From NCBI GenBank assembly GCA_963738485.1, contig CAVTWK010000002.1:63183-127182 (forward strand): a DNA stretch of 64,000 nt. The letters are read 5' to 3'. Source of the DNA: an uncultured Acidobacteriota bacterium. Its GTDB lineage: Bacteria > Acidobacteriota > Vicinamibacteria > Vicinamibacterales > SCN-69-37. The notes beneath the pieces were generated by a model, which was not told the DNA's origin, did no database searches, and saw only the letters and a list, made by a program, of their open reading frames with translations. The position numbers and the translations under genes were made by a program. Position 1 is the stretch's first letter. Every line of letters begins with the position of its first letter. Below, one piece after another: positions 1 through 10,400 of the stretch.

Positions 1-1135
1 GAAATTCGACAAGAAGATGGCGCAGGAAGAGGTCTGGTTGCGCCGCGGTGTCAAGGCGCGGCGGACGCGTGACGAAGGCCGCGTGAAGGCGCTGATGGCC
101 ATGCGCGAGGAGCGCGCGGCGCGTCGCGCCCAGATCGGCAATGTCCGGATGCAGGTCGATGTGGCGGAACGATCCGGCCACATCGTGTTCGAGGCCGAGA
201 ACGTGTGGAAGAGCTACGACGGCGTGCCCGTGGTCCGGGATTTCAACACACGCATCCTGCGCAAGGATCGGATCGGGCTGATCGGTCCGAACGGCGCCGG
301 CAAGACGACGCTGCTGCGGCTGCTGGTGGGGGAGCTGACGCCCGATGCGGGCGAGATCCGGCGCGGCACCAACGTGCAGGTCGTCTATTTCGATCAGCAG
401 CGTGAGCAGCTCGATCCGGAGCGCTCGGTGGTGGATACGGTGGCCGACGGCAACGATCGGGTGACAGTGGGCGGCGTGACGCGTCACGTGTACGGCTACC
501 TCGAAGACTTCCTGTTCCCGAACGAACGCGCGCGGTCACCCGTGAAGGCGCTGTCGGGCGGGGAGCGCAACCGCTTGCTGCTGGCGCGGCTGCTGACACG
601 ACCGGCCAACGTCCTGGTGCTCGACGAGCCGACCAATGACCTCGATCTCGAGACGCTGGAGCTGCTCGAAGCGCAGTTGGTGGAGTTCCCCGGCACGTTG
701 CTGATCGTCAGCCACGACCGGCGATTCCTCAACAACGTGGTCACCAGCACGCTCGTCTTCGAGGGTGACGGACGGATCGGCGAGTACGTCGGCGGTTACG
801 ACGACTGGCTGCATCAGCGGGCGGCGTCTGAGGCCGAGGCGACCCGAGTGGCCGTCGCGGCCTCGCGTCCTCCCGCGCCCGCGGTTCCGCCGGCTGCGCC
901 GACGTCGGCGCGGCCGAGGACGAAGCGGTCCTACAAGGAGCAGCGCGAGTTCGACGAGTTGCCCGGGCGCATCGAGACGCTGGAGGCCGAGAAGGCCCGG
1001 CTCGAAGCGCAGGTGGCCGACGCGCGGTTCTACAAGGAGCCGGCGACTGTCGTGGCCGCCACGCTCGCGCGCCTCGCGGCCGTCCCGGCCGAACTCGAAT
1101 CCGCCTACCGCCGCTGGGACGAACTGGACCGTTAG
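1..1135 (+). CDS. uup: ABC-F family ATPase Uup (5' part outside window)
   Basis: Linker EEVWLRRGVKARRTRDEGRV; Walker A GPNGAGKT; signature LSGGE; Walker B VLVLDEPTNDLD; C-terminal SYKEQREF coiled coil. Confidence 0.9.
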   Translation, partial: KFDKKMAQEEVWLRRGVKARRTRDEGRVKALMAMREERAARRAQIGNVRMQVDVAERSGHIVFEAENVWKSYDGVPVVRDFNTRILRKDRIGLIGPNGAGKTTLLRLLVGELTPDAGEIRRGTNVQVVYFDQQREQLDPERSVVDTVADGNDRVTVGGVTRHVYGYLEDFLFPNERARSPVKALSGGERNRLLLARLLTRPANVLVLDEPTNDLDLETLELLEAQLVEFPGTLLIVSHDRRFLNNVVTSTLVFEGDGRIGEYVGGYDDWLHQRAASEAEATRVAVAASRPPAPAVPPAAPTSARPRTKRSYKEQREFDELPGRIETLEAEKARLEAQVADARFYKEPATVVAATLARLAAVPAELESAYRRWDELDR

Positions 1136-1257
1136 GGGGTCAGATCTCTTTTCCACCGATCGGGCCCACACGGTGCCAGATCTCGCTTGGGCATTTGCCC
1201 TCTCGAGATCTGGCACCGATCAGGCCCGATCGGTGGAAAAGAGATCTGACCCCCTAA
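1132..1257. repeat. Long palindromic REP/REPIN-like element (GGGGTCAGA family); probably also a bidirectional terminator
   Basis: Perfect 35-bp arms 1132-1166 and 1223-1257; inner 15-bp arms 1171-1185 and 1204-1218; lies between convergent genes. Confidence 0.9.
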
Positions 1258-2303
1258 TCGACGGGTGGCACGGGCGTGTTCCCGCGGAGGTCGGAGGCGT
1301 AGCAGGCTTCGACGACGGCCATGGTGCGCATCGCGTCGTCCAGGCTGGTGACGAGCGTGTCGTCCTCGCCGGTGACATAGCGCTGCAAATTGCTCATCGG
1401 GCCTTCGAAGGCCTCGGGAAACCAGGAGCCGCGAAGCGGCACCGACGTCCAGGTCCCAGACAGGAACACGTCGAGGGTGTCAGCAGGCCCCGTGGGGTAC
1501 GCGAGGTTGACGCCCAGCGTCAGACGCGCCACGCCCTGCGTGCCCTCGACCTTGAGCTCGGACACCCGCCCGGTGGCTCCGCCTCGATAGGTGTGATTCA
1601 TCGCCAGCGAACAGCGCAGGTGGTCCCCGTAGTCGAGGATGATCGACGACCGCGTGTCGGAAAAATCAGACATGTCCGCGCGGCCGACGGCGCGGCAGTA
1701 CACGCCCTCCGGTTCGCCAAGGAGCGCGCGAATGGCGTCCAGGTAGTTGATCGAGTGGTACAGCACCTCGAGCCGTGGTGCGCCGCGCAGAAACGACCAG
1801 AGGTGCCACGGGTGCTCGGTGACGACGCGGACATCGACGTCGATGATCGCGCCCAGGGTGCCACGCTGCAGCAGGTCCTGCAGCGCCAGCACGTTCGGAC
1901 TGAAGCGCAGCTGGAAGTTCACGCCCACGCACAGGCGCCGCTCGCGGCAGATGGCTCGCAGGCGCTGCGCGGCGGCCAGGTCGGCGCCGACTGGCTTCTG
2001 GATCAGCACCGCGGACCCGAAGGGGAGGTGCTCGAGGATGCGCAGGAGTTCGTCCCCGGGGACCGCCACGTCGAAGATGGCGTCCGGCACTCGGCAGGCC
2101 TCGGCCATCGAACCCAGGACGGGCACGTCGAACGCGGTGTGCGCGGCAGCGGCGATCTGCGGGCGGAGGTCGAAGACCCCCGCGATCGGCAGGCCCAGCC
2201 GGCGATAGGCCGGCAGATGGGCGGTCTGTGCGATCGATCCGCTCCCGATGACGACGATCGGCCGCGGGGCAGACGGAACGGGCCAGGCTTGTCTCAGTGG
2301 CAC
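1254..2303 (-). CDS. Gfo/Idh/MocA family NAD(P)-dependent sugar dehydrogenase (resembles D-apiose dehydrogenase)
   Basis: Rossmann IVVIGSGSIA..AHLPAY; VLIQKP; VNFQLRF. Confidence 0.8.
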   Translation of the reverse strand: MPLRQAWPVPSAPRPIVVIGSGSIAQTAHLPAYRRLGLPIAGVFDLRPQIAAAAHTAFDVPVLGSMAEACRVPDAIFDVAVPGDELLRILEHLPFGSAVLIQKPVGADLAAAQRLRAICRERRLCVGVNFQLRFSPNVLALQDLLQRGTLGAIIDVDVRVVTEHPWHLWSFLRGAPRLEVLYHSINYLDAIRALLGEPEGVYCRAVGRADMSDFSDTRSSIILDYGDHLRCSLAMNHTYRGGATGRVSELKVEGTQGVARLTLGVNLAYPTGPADTLDVFLSGTWTSVPLRGSWFPEAFEGPMSNLQRYVTGEDDTLVTSLDDAMRTMAVVEACYASDLRGNTPVPPVD

Positions 2304-2507
2304 GGGTCGCTCAGCTCACCGCGTCGGTAGCCCGCGGGGACAACTCGGCAAATGGGCTTTCGATGAGTCCAGCCACGGACGCCATTCTAAATCCTCACGC
2401 CGGGAGCCGGGGCGCCGTTACAATACTTGCCGCACCCGCTGCTCGATCAAGAGCGATCGGTCGGAGCGAACCGGCGATGGTTCCACGGGTGCGACGACGG
2501 ACGAACT

Positions 2508-2774
2508 ATGGGTGACGCTGGCGAAGGCCTGATCGACGCGGATTCGAGAATTCAGGAACGGATGGAAGAACTGGAGCGGGAGCGCGCCGAGCGCCGCACG
2601 CAGGGCCCTCGGGACCCTGAGGCGCTCCGGGCCCAGGAGTCGCTGCGCCTGGCTCGCGCCGAGCTGCAGCGGCAGTTGGAGTCAACCGCCCACGAACGAC
2701 GCCGAGCGCAGATCCACGCGGCTCTGGCCGACCTGGACCGGCGCATGCAGGAAGTGGCCGCCCGTCTCGGCTGA
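2508..2774 (+). CDS. Small coiled-coil hypothetical protein (88 aa)
   Basis: ATG 2508; charged heptad-like sequence; fills intergenic gap. Confidence 0.65.
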   Translation: MGDAGEGLIDADSRIQERMEELERERAERRTQGPRDPEALRAQESLRLARAELQRQLESTAHERRRAQIHAALADLDRRMQEVAARLG

Positions 2775-2861
2775 CGCGGGCTCGCCCCCGGTGCCCGCGC
2801 GCCTTCAGCCCGTTGCGCCGCGCACGGTGTTCGTGCGCCTGGACGGTCCTAGTCCTGCGAG

Positions 2862-3584
2862 CTACTGCGAGGCGCCCGCCTTCACCACGATATTGCGGTA
2901 GCACACCGCGTCGCCGTGGTCCTGCAACAGCAGGTGCGCGCGCTGTGGCTTGCCGAACCGTGCGATGTCCTTGAACTTGCTCTTGGCGATGGCCGCGGTC
3001 AGCGTGGGGCTGCCCAGTTCGTATTCCAGGATCTTCGTGCCGTTCAGCCAGTGCTCGACGTGGTTCCCGGCGACGATGACGCGGCTCTGGTTGAACTCGC
3101 CCGCGGCCCGCAGCGGCCGGTTGGCCGCCGGCAGCACGTCGTAGAAGGCGCCCGTTTGACGGTGCGGGCCGATCTTCGCGTCCGCATGCCGCTCGTCGTC
3201 GATCACCTGATACTCGTGGCCGATCGCCGAGTTCTGATCTTCGAGCACGAAATACTTCACGCCGCTGTTGCCGCCCAGCGAGACGCGCCATTCCCATCGC
3301 AACTCGAAGTCTGTGAATGTCTCACTGGTGACGATGTCGAGCGCCCCGCGCGTATCGGCGCCGTCATTCGGTGCCAGGCACAGCATGCCCTCGTTGACCT
3401 TCCAGCGCGTCGAGCTGGCGTCCGCCTTCTTGTAACCGCGCCAGCCCGCCAGGGACTTGCCGTCGAACAAGGGACGGAACCCTGGAGGCGTGCCCGCCTG
3501 CTCGGCGCGGCCGGCTCCGGCGAGCACCACGGCGGAGACGAGCGATAGGCCCAGGGCGGCAGCGACGCGAGTGTAGATGGCCAT
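2862..3584 (-). CDS. DUF1080 / 3-keto-disaccharide hydrolase family exported protein
   Basis: Signal peptide; LFDGKSLAGW; DFELRWEW; GNSGVKY; EYQVID; LQDHGDAVCYRNI. Confidence 0.9.
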   Translation of the reverse strand: MAIYTRVAAALGLSLVSAVVLAGAGRAEQAGTPPGFRPLFDGKSLAGWRGYKKADASSTRWKVNEGMLCLAPNDGADTRGALDIVTSETFTDFELRWEWRVSLGGNSGVKYFVLEDQNSAIGHEYQVIDDERHADAKIGPHRQTGAFYDVLPAANRPLRAAGEFNQSRVIVAGNHVEHWLNGTKILEYELGSPTLTAAIAKSKFKDIARFGKPQRAHLLLQDHGDAVCYRNIVVKAGASQ

Positions 3585-3642
3585 AAGGCGCCAGTATACG
3601 CGCTTCGCCGCAGCCTGGCAGCCCCTGCTCTACACTCGGTCC

Positions 3643-3849
3643 ATGGCCCTCTTCGAGGACGACGACGCAACCGAATTTACCGTGACCTGCCCGTATTGCG
3701 GAGAGCAGGTCGAGATCTATCTCGAGCCCGACGTCATGGGGACACTCGTCCAGGACTGCGAGGTGTGCTGCCGCCCGTGGCAGGTGCACGTGAGCCGCGA
3801 TCAGGAGTACCGATACGTGGACGTCACGCGCGGTGACGGGTCGGAATAG
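3643..3849 (+). CDS. CPXCG-motif cysteine-rich protein
   Basis: CPYCGE...QDCEVCCRPW. Confidence 0.85.
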   Translation: MALFEDDDATEFTVTCPYCGEQVEIYLEPDVMGTLVQDCEVCCRPWQVHVSRDQEYRYVDVTRGDGSE

Positions 3850-3977
3850 GTCGTGCCGTCATCGCGCCCGTCGCATCCAATCTGAATGGCCAGTCCCTGC
3901 CGTAGGTAGGAAGAGTGGCCGTTGCATTGAGCGCGGCCGAATCTTCCGCCACCTCACGTGGCAGGCAGGAGTCAGCG

Positions 3978-4529
3978 ATGCGACTGAAGTCTTTCACGGT
4001 GATTGGTGTGATGGCAGTGGCGATGGTGACGGGGGTCGGCGCACAGATGACCAAGATGGTCGGCGGCGCCGAGATGTTCCCGACGAAGAACGTCGTTGAG
4101 AACGCGGTCAACTCGAAGGACCACACGACGCTCGTGGCTGCGGTCAAGGCGGCCGGCCTGGTGGACACGCTGACCAGCGCGGGTCCGTTCACGGTGTTCG
4201 CACCGACCAACGCCGCGTTCAACAAGCTGCCGAAGGGCACCGTCGAGACGCTGCTCAAGCCCGAGAGCAAGGCGACGTTGACCAAGGTGCTGACGTATCA
4301 CGTGGTCGCGGGCAAGTGGGACGCCTCGTCGGTGGCCAAGATGATCAAGGACGGCGGCGGCAAGGCTGAAGTGAAGACGGTGGCCGGCGGCAAGCTGTGG
4401 ATTTCGATGAAGGGCTCGGACGTCATCCTCACGGACGAGAAGGGCGGGTCCGCGAAGGTGACCATCGCCGACGTGATGCAATCGAACGGTGTGATCCACG
4501 TGATCGACACGGTGTTGATGCCGAACTGA
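3978..4529 (+). CDS. Fasciclin (FAS1) domain protein
   Basis: AGGAG RBS; signal peptide; FTVFAPTNAAF; LTYHVV; SNGVIHVIDTVLMP. Confidence 0.95.
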   Translation: MRLKSFTVIGVMAVAMVTGVGAQMTKMVGGAEMFPTKNVVENAVNSKDHTTLVAAVKAAGLVDTLTSAGPFTVFAPTNAAFNKLPKGTVETLLKPESKATLTKVLTYHVVAGKWDASSVAKMIKDGGGKAEVKTVAGGKLWISMKGSDVILTDEKGGSAKVTIADVMQSNGVIHVIDTVLMPN

Positions 4530-4533
4530 AGAC

Positions 4534-4620
4534 GACCTCGGAGGTAATTCCTACGAAAAATGTAAGTCGCACGCTCGCGCACAGCGACTTACATTTTTCG
4601 TAGGAATTACCTCCGAGGTC
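4534..4620. repeat. REP doublet, GACCTCGGAGGTAATT family, copy 1
   Basis: Perfect 37-bp inverted repeat (4534-4570, 4584-4620) with 13-nt loop. Confidence 0.92.
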
Positions 4621-5409
4621 CTATTGCCTGAACAGCGGGAGCGCCGCCAACCGGGCCTCGATCAGTTGGACGAGTTCGTTGTAGGCGACCAAACCCTCGC
4701 CGCGATAGCGGCGGGTGAACTCGTCGTTCGACAGGCCTTCGGGCAAGCCGCTGATGTCGGGCATCATGTCGCGTTCGACCACGCCCGTTCGCAGCCGCGC
4801 CTGCAGTCGTCGAGCCGAGTCCTCCGTGGCCGTGGCCAGGAGCCCGAACCGAGTGCCGGCGCGGTCTGCGGCGAGGTCGGCAAACGAGAAGCCGCTCCCG
4901 CGCCGCGCGTCGTCGATTTCCTTGTAGAGTCCGATGAAGTCGGCAAGCGCCGCGCCGGCCGCTGCGGCCAGCGCCGCCGAGACGGTGAAGTGCTGCGCCA
5001 GATCGCCCCGCCCCGCCATCGTCAGACCCCGACTCGGCGCCCTCGGCCATTCCCGCGCCTGCGGCACCACCAGCGCGAGACTGCGCCCGTTGACGTAGAA
5101 GGCCACAGCCAGGATCGCCGCGCGGTTTTCGACGGCCGCTGACCCGGTGCCCGAACGCGTCTCAGCCAGCGCCATGACCGGCCGCAGCAGGTCGGCCACC
5201 GACGGCCGCGCGGGCAGCGCGGGCACCGCCTCAACGATCCGCTGGTGGTACACCCTGAGGCGCTCGACGTCCGGGCCCGACATGTCGAGTGGCGGGAGCT
5301 GCGCGGGTGGCGCAGGCACCTGTTGGCCGCGTGCCGTCGCGCACGACAGAACGATAACCAGGCCGGCAGCGAGAAGGCGACGAAACAGGATCACAGGGAC
5401 GGACCTCAT
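4621..5409 (-). CDS. Exported hypothetical protein
   Basis: Signal-like N-terminus; motif DLAQHFTVSA...GLYKEIDD...GSGFSFADLAADRAG; start placed at ATG 5409. Confidence 0.7.
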   Translation of the reverse strand: MRSVPVILFRRLLAAGLVIVLSCATARGQQVPAPPAQLPPLDMSGPDVERLRVYHQRIVEAVPALPARPSVADLLRPVMALAETRSGTGSAAVENRAAILAVAFYVNGRSLALVVPQAREWPRAPSRGLTMAGRGDLAQHFTVSAALAAAAGAALADFIGLYKEIDDARRGSGFSFADLAADRAGTRFGLLATATEDSARRLQARLRTGVVERDMMPDISGLPEGLSNDEFTRRYRGEGLVAYNELVQLIEARLAALPLFRQ

Positions 5410-5417
5410 GTCAGTAA

Positions 5418-5463
5418 ACCTCGGAGGTATTCGGGAACTCAAGTTTCCCAATACCTCCGAGGT
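5418..5463. repeat. REP doublet, GACCTCGGAGGTAATT family, copy 2
   Basis: ACCTCGGAGGTATT (5418-5431) and AATACCTCCGAGGT (5450-5463). Confidence 0.85.
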
Positions 5464-5484
5464 CTATGATGATTGACGCCATTC

Positions 5485-5832
5485 ATGGAACTCCGCTTCG
5501 CGATCGAACGCCCTGACGCGCTGACCGTACATCTGGTTGAAGGGACGGCCCGGACGGCCGTCACCGTGCCCAACGTGCAAGCCGGCGTGGACTCGCTCGT
5601 GCGAGCGCTCGATGATGCGCTGACGCACGGGTATGGCGAATGCTTCTGGCCCGCGATCGAAGGCGGTCACTACTGGTGGATGTTCCGCCGCGAGGCCGAG
5701 TCGCTCGACATCGCCGCGATGTGGAGCCGCGGCGGCGCCTCCGGCTGGCAGCACGTCTTCCGTGCCGTGGATTCCGCCTCGTGGGTCCGCGAGCGTGTCC
5801 GCAGCGAGACCGAGCTGCTGAAGACCTCGTAG
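5485..5832 (+). CDS. Hypothetical protein
   Basis: 115-aa ORF with protein-like composition (GYGECFWP...YWWMF...GWQHVF). Confidence 0.65.
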   Translation: MELRFAIERPDALTVHLVEGTARTAVTVPNVQAGVDSLVRALDDALTHGYGECFWPAIEGGHYWWMFRREAESLDIAAMWSRGGASGWQHVFRAVDSASWVRERVRSETELLKTS

Positions 5833-5835
5833 CTG

Positions 5836-5889
5836 AAGACCTCGGAGGTAATTGCCACGAAGACGGGTAGCAATTACCTCCGAGGTCTT
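5836..5889. repeat. REP doublet, GACCTCGGAGGTAATT family, copy 3
   Basis: Perfect 20-bp arms 5836-5855 and 5870-5889; overlaps 3' end of the exonuclease gene. Confidence 0.9.
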
Positions 5890-6671
5890 ACGCTCAGCTC
5901 CTCCACGTCCTCGAACACGGGCACATCGGTCCGCAGGGTCGCCAACGTTCGGAACAGCTGCGCCGTTTCCATGTAATCGACCAGGGTGCGGGCGAGCCTG
6001 GCGCCATTGGTGACATTCAGGTGCCAGTCGCGGCTGCTCTCCGGGATGTGCTCGAGGTGGCCGAACCGCGCGAGCACGGTCGCCGACGACTTCGCGCCCC
6101 ACCCGGGTAGGCCCGGGTAGCCATCCGACGAGTCGCCGACCAGGGCCAGGTAGTCGGGAATCGACGTCGGGCGCACGCCGAACTTGGCGACCACGCCCTC
6201 CTCGTCGAGGGTGACGCGCGTTCGTCGATGCACCTGCACGACGCGCGTGCCGCGCACGCATTGCGCGAGGTCCTTGTCAGGCGTACAGATGTGGACGCGG
6301 TTGACTCGCGCGTCGCGGGCGGCGGCCTCGGCCGCCGCCGCGAGGGCATCGTCGGCCTCGAACTCGATCATCGGCCAGACCACGACGCCCAGTTCTCGCA
6401 GGCGTTCCTCGAGCAACGGAAACTGGGCCCACAGGTCGGCCGGGATGCCGTCGCCGGTCTTGTAGCCCTGCCACAGGCGATTGCGGAATGACTCGATGAC
6501 GTGGTCCGTCGCCACGCCGATGTGCGTGGCGCCGTCGGCCATCATGCCGCGCAGCGACTGCACGACGCCGCGCACCGCGGCGACCTCGCGGCCCTGCCCA
6601 TCAGCCGCCGAAGGCAGCGCGTAGTAGTGCCGAAACAGCTCGTAGGTGCCGTCGATCAGGTGGACGTCCAG
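5874..6671 (-). CDS. Stand-alone 5'-3' exonuclease / flap endonuclease (start uncertain; ORF open to 6734)
   Basis: VHLIDGTYELFR; FEADDALA; TPDKDLAQ; H3TH DYLALVGDSSDGYPGLPGWGAKS. Confidence 0.9.
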   Translation of the reverse strand: MDVHLIDGTYELFRHYYALPSAADGQGREVAAVRGVVQSLRGMMADGATHIGVATDHVIESFRNRLWQGYKTGDGIPADLWAQFPLLEERLRELGVVVWPMIEFEADDALAAAAEAAARDARVNRVHICTPDKDLAQCVRGTRVVQVHRRTRVTLDEEGVVAKFGVRPTSIPDYLALVGDSSDGYPGLPGWGAKSSATVLARFGHLEHIPESSRDWHLNVTNGARLARTLVDYMETAQLFRTLATLRTDVPVFEDVEELSVRPRR

Positions 6672-6769
6672 GGCGTGCCTCAGCCCTATTGTGCCCGACC
6701 GCTGACCGAGGAAGGTCTTGCGGGGATCGAGCACAGATTTGGTGGTACCCTTCCGGCGAGGCTGCCTCC

Positions 6770-7453
6770 ATGTCGCTCCCCATCGACCATAGTCAGTTCC
6801 TGCACGTGACGATCGACCTGCCGACCGCGGCCAGGCCGCGTTTCGTGAAGGGCATGCGCAAGCTCGTGCCGCTCTTCACCAAGCCCTGTCCGCCGACCGG
6901 CATCATCACCGCGTTCGGCTGGCCCCTGGTGGCGTCGATGGCGTCCAGCACCGGGAAGGAGACCCGGTTTCTGCATCTGTGGAAGATGACCAATCCGGCC
7001 AGGCCGCTGATGTCCGAGGTCATGGAGGTCTGCGGCGCCGATAACGACTACGGCGCGATCGATCAGCTCGTGGACGTCGAGGTGCAGGACCTGATGCACA
7101 CCAACGACGCCTACTCACCGCGCAACTGGCCTGCCAAGACCCCCAAGGCGTACGTACACGAAGTGCTCAACATGAGCGCGGACGTCGAGCGGCTCGTGGC
7201 CTTCGAGAGCGCGATGCCGGTGCTCGCCCTGCACATGCAGCAGAAGTTCGGATGGACGCTCTGTCTCGCGATGGTCAGCAACACCGGCCAACTCCGTCGG
7301 TTCGTCCACTTCTGGCAGGTGAAGAGTGCGACGCCGGCCGCGATTGCCGCGGCGACGAAGTTCCTGCGCGCGCAGCCGGCCTACGCCAAGGCCATCCGCA
7401 AGCGAACCGCCGAGGTCTTCGAAGCCGTCCAGTACGGCCGCCGGTCGTCCTGA
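6770..7453 (+). CDS. Tandem NIPSNAP-like (dimeric alpha-beta barrel) protein
   Basis: Internal duplication FGWPLVASMASSTGKETRFLHLWKM / FGWTLCLAMVSNTGQLRRFVHFWQV. Confidence 0.65.
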   Translation: MSLPIDHSQFLHVTIDLPTAARPRFVKGMRKLVPLFTKPCPPTGIITAFGWPLVASMASSTGKETRFLHLWKMTNPARPLMSEVMEVCGADNDYGAIDQLVDVEVQDLMHTNDAYSPRNWPAKTPKAYVHEVLNMSADVERLVAFESAMPVLALHMQQKFGWTLCLAMVSNTGQLRRFVHFWQVKSATPAAIAAATKFLRAQPAYAKAIRKRTAEVFEAVQYGRRSS

Positions 7454-7465
7454 AGGCGGCGACGC

Positions 7466-10400
7466 GTGACGGATCTGCCTGTCACCAAGGTCGGGCCCTA
7501 TCTCATCGACCACCAGCTCGGACGTGGCGGCATGGGCGTCGTCTACGCCGGCCGCCACGAGATCACCGGTGCGTGCGCGGCCGTCAAGACGGTCACGGAT
7601 GCCGACAGCCGCCGCATGTTCCAGATCCGGCGCGAGATCGACGCGCTCGCGCGCCTGACGCATCCGGGTGTCGTCCGCATCCTCGACCACGGCGCCGAGG
7701 GCGGCGTGCCGTGGTACGCGATGGACCTGCTCGATGGCCTCACCCTCGAAGGGGTCCATCGCGGGTTCCTCGAGCGGCCCCTCCGCGCGACGGACTCCGA
7801 CTGGGGCGGCGAGACGACCACGGTCGGGGTGCCGACGAATGTCCTGGGCCGGACGGACGGGCAGGATCAGGAGGCGGTCGCCGCGCACGTGCGGCGCTAC
7901 GAGGCCGCCGGGGGCCACCTCGCTGAAGCGATGGGGCTCGTCGTGCGCCTGTGCGAGACGCTCGCCTTCGTGCACGGCGAAGGCGTCATTCACCGCGACC
8001 TGAAGCCATCGAACATCTTCGTCACCGGTGACGGGCTGCCGGTGCTGGTGGACTTCGGCCTCGTGGCCAACGTCGGCGGCGTCACCGGACGGGACGTGCT
8101 CGACGAGACCTGGGTGGCCGGGTCATGCCTGTTCATGGCGCCCGAGCAGATCAACGGCGAGCTGCTCGATCCGCGGGCGGACCTCTATGCCCTCGGCTGC
8201 GTGATGTACCTGCTGATCACCGGCCGGCCGCCGTTCACCGGCACCAACAGCGAGGTGGTGGGACAGCACCTCCGCGCCACCGCCCCGGCGCCATCCACCA
8301 TCGTCAACGGCGTATCGCACGAGCTCGATCAGCTGGTGCGGCGCCTGATCGCGAAGCACCCACGCGACCGTGTCGGGCACGCGCATGACGTCGCGGCCGC
8401 GCTGCAGCGCCTGAAGATCACCGCGCCAGCCTGGGACGCGGAGTTGCCGCGCACGCGCACGTATCTCTACCGCCCTCCGCTCGTCGGCCGGCAGGCGGTG
8501 CTCGACCAGATCGACGCCTGCACACGCGGCCTGTCGGAGGGGCAGGGCGGCCTGGTCCTGCTCGGGGGCGAGAGCGGTGTCGGCAAGACCCGCGTCGCGC
8601 TCGAGATCGCTTCCCGGGTGGTCGCAAGAAACCAGGAAGTGACGACCAGCATCTGCGCGCCGACGCAGCCACCGCTCGCGCCGCTGCGCACGCTGCTCCA
8701 GCACATCGCGGACTACTGCGTGGCGCGTGGCGCCGTCGTCTCGGAGCGGGTCGTCGGCGACCGCGGCCCGCTGCTGGCGGCGTATGAACCCGCACTGGCC
8801 GGTGTGCCAGGTCAGGACGGGCGCGACGCACCGACGCCGCTGCCGCAGGCGGCCGCGCGCGATCGGCTCTTCCGCGCCCTCGTTGACACGCTCACGGCCT
8901 ACACCACGGCCATGCCGACGTTCCTCGTGGTGGACGACCTGCAGTGGGCCGACGAACTGACGGGCGCGTTCTTCGAACACCTGGCACGCGGGCCTCTCGC
9001 CGGCATGTCGCTCGTCATGCTCGGGACGTACCGCAGCGAGGAGCGGACGCCCGTGCTCGACCGTCTGCTTGCCGTCGAGGGAACCGTTGGGGTGACGCTC
9101 AACCGCCTGTCCACGGACTACGTCGGCGAGATGGTGGCCGGCATGCTCTCGCTGCCGACGCCCCCGCCGGCGTTCGTGCGCTTCCTGGCGGAGAAGACCG
9201 AAGGCAATCCGTTCTTCCTGGCCGAGTACCTCAGGACGGCGGTGTCCGAGCAGGTGCTCATCCGCACACGCGCAGGTCACTGGACGTTCGCCGAGAGTGA
9301 CGACCCCACCGACGTGATTCTGCGAGTCGCTGCCGCTGCCGCGATCGCTCCGCGACGTCATCGGCCGTCGGCTGGCGACCCTCTCGCCTCGGGCGCTCGG
9401 CGTCCTGCGGGCGGCCGCGGTCATCGGCCGCGAGTTCGACCCGCGCGTGCTCCAGCAGGTGTCCGGCGTCGAGGAGCACGAGCTGGCGAGCGCGCTCACC
9501 GAGCTGGTGGATCGTCACGTCATCGAGAACGCCGAGGCGGGGCGCTTCCGGATCTCGCACGACAAGCTGCGCGAGATCCCCTACGCGGAGCTCGACGAGT
9601 CGGACCGGCGAGCCCTGCACGGTCGTGCCGCCGCGGCGTTCGAAGCCTCGTCATCCGACGACCGGCACCACGGCCTGCTTGGGCAGCACTGGGTGCGCGC
9701 CGGCGAACCCGCGCGTGCGGTGCCCCACCTCGAGCGTGCCGGCGACCGCGCCCTGACGCTCTACGCACCGGCCGACGCGATTGGCTTCTACCGCGATGCG
9801 CTCGCGGCGCAGAAGGACAGCGGGGCGGCCGAACGCGAGACATTCGGCATCCGCGAGAAGCTGGCCGACGCGCTGGCCCTCACCGGTAGCCATGCCGACG
9901 CCCGGGACGTTTATCACGACGCGGTCGGGTCCGCTCCCGCACCCGTGGACGCCGCGCGACTCCATCGCAAGAGCGGCAAGACGCTGGAGACCGAGCACGA
10001 CCACGCGCAGGCCCTCGAGGCCTACGGCCGGGCCGAGCGGAGCCTGCTCGACGCCATCGACCGCGACGCCGCCTGGCATCGCGAGTGGGTCCAGGTCCAG
10101 CTCAATCGCATCTGGATCTTCTACTGGCAGAACCGCACCGCCGACATGAACCAGGTGGTCGATCGCGTCGCACCCGCGGTCACCGAGCACGGCTCGGCGC
10201 TGCAGCGGTCCAACTACTATCAGGCCCTCGTCACGCGCGATTTCCGTCAGCGTCGCTATGTCGTTCAGGACGACGTCCTGGCGAACGCGCGGCTGTCGCT
10301 GGCCGCCGCCGAAGAGGCGCGGGCGCCGGTCGAGACCGTCTTCTCGCGCTTCGTCCTCGGATTCGGTCTGCTGTTCGGCGGCCAACTGGACGAAGCCGAA

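Noticed and set aside
9317-9320. Programmed ribosomal frameshifting in the kinase or other split genes
   Set aside because: No slippery heptamers; the same +1 pattern in unrelated genes fits sequencing error better.
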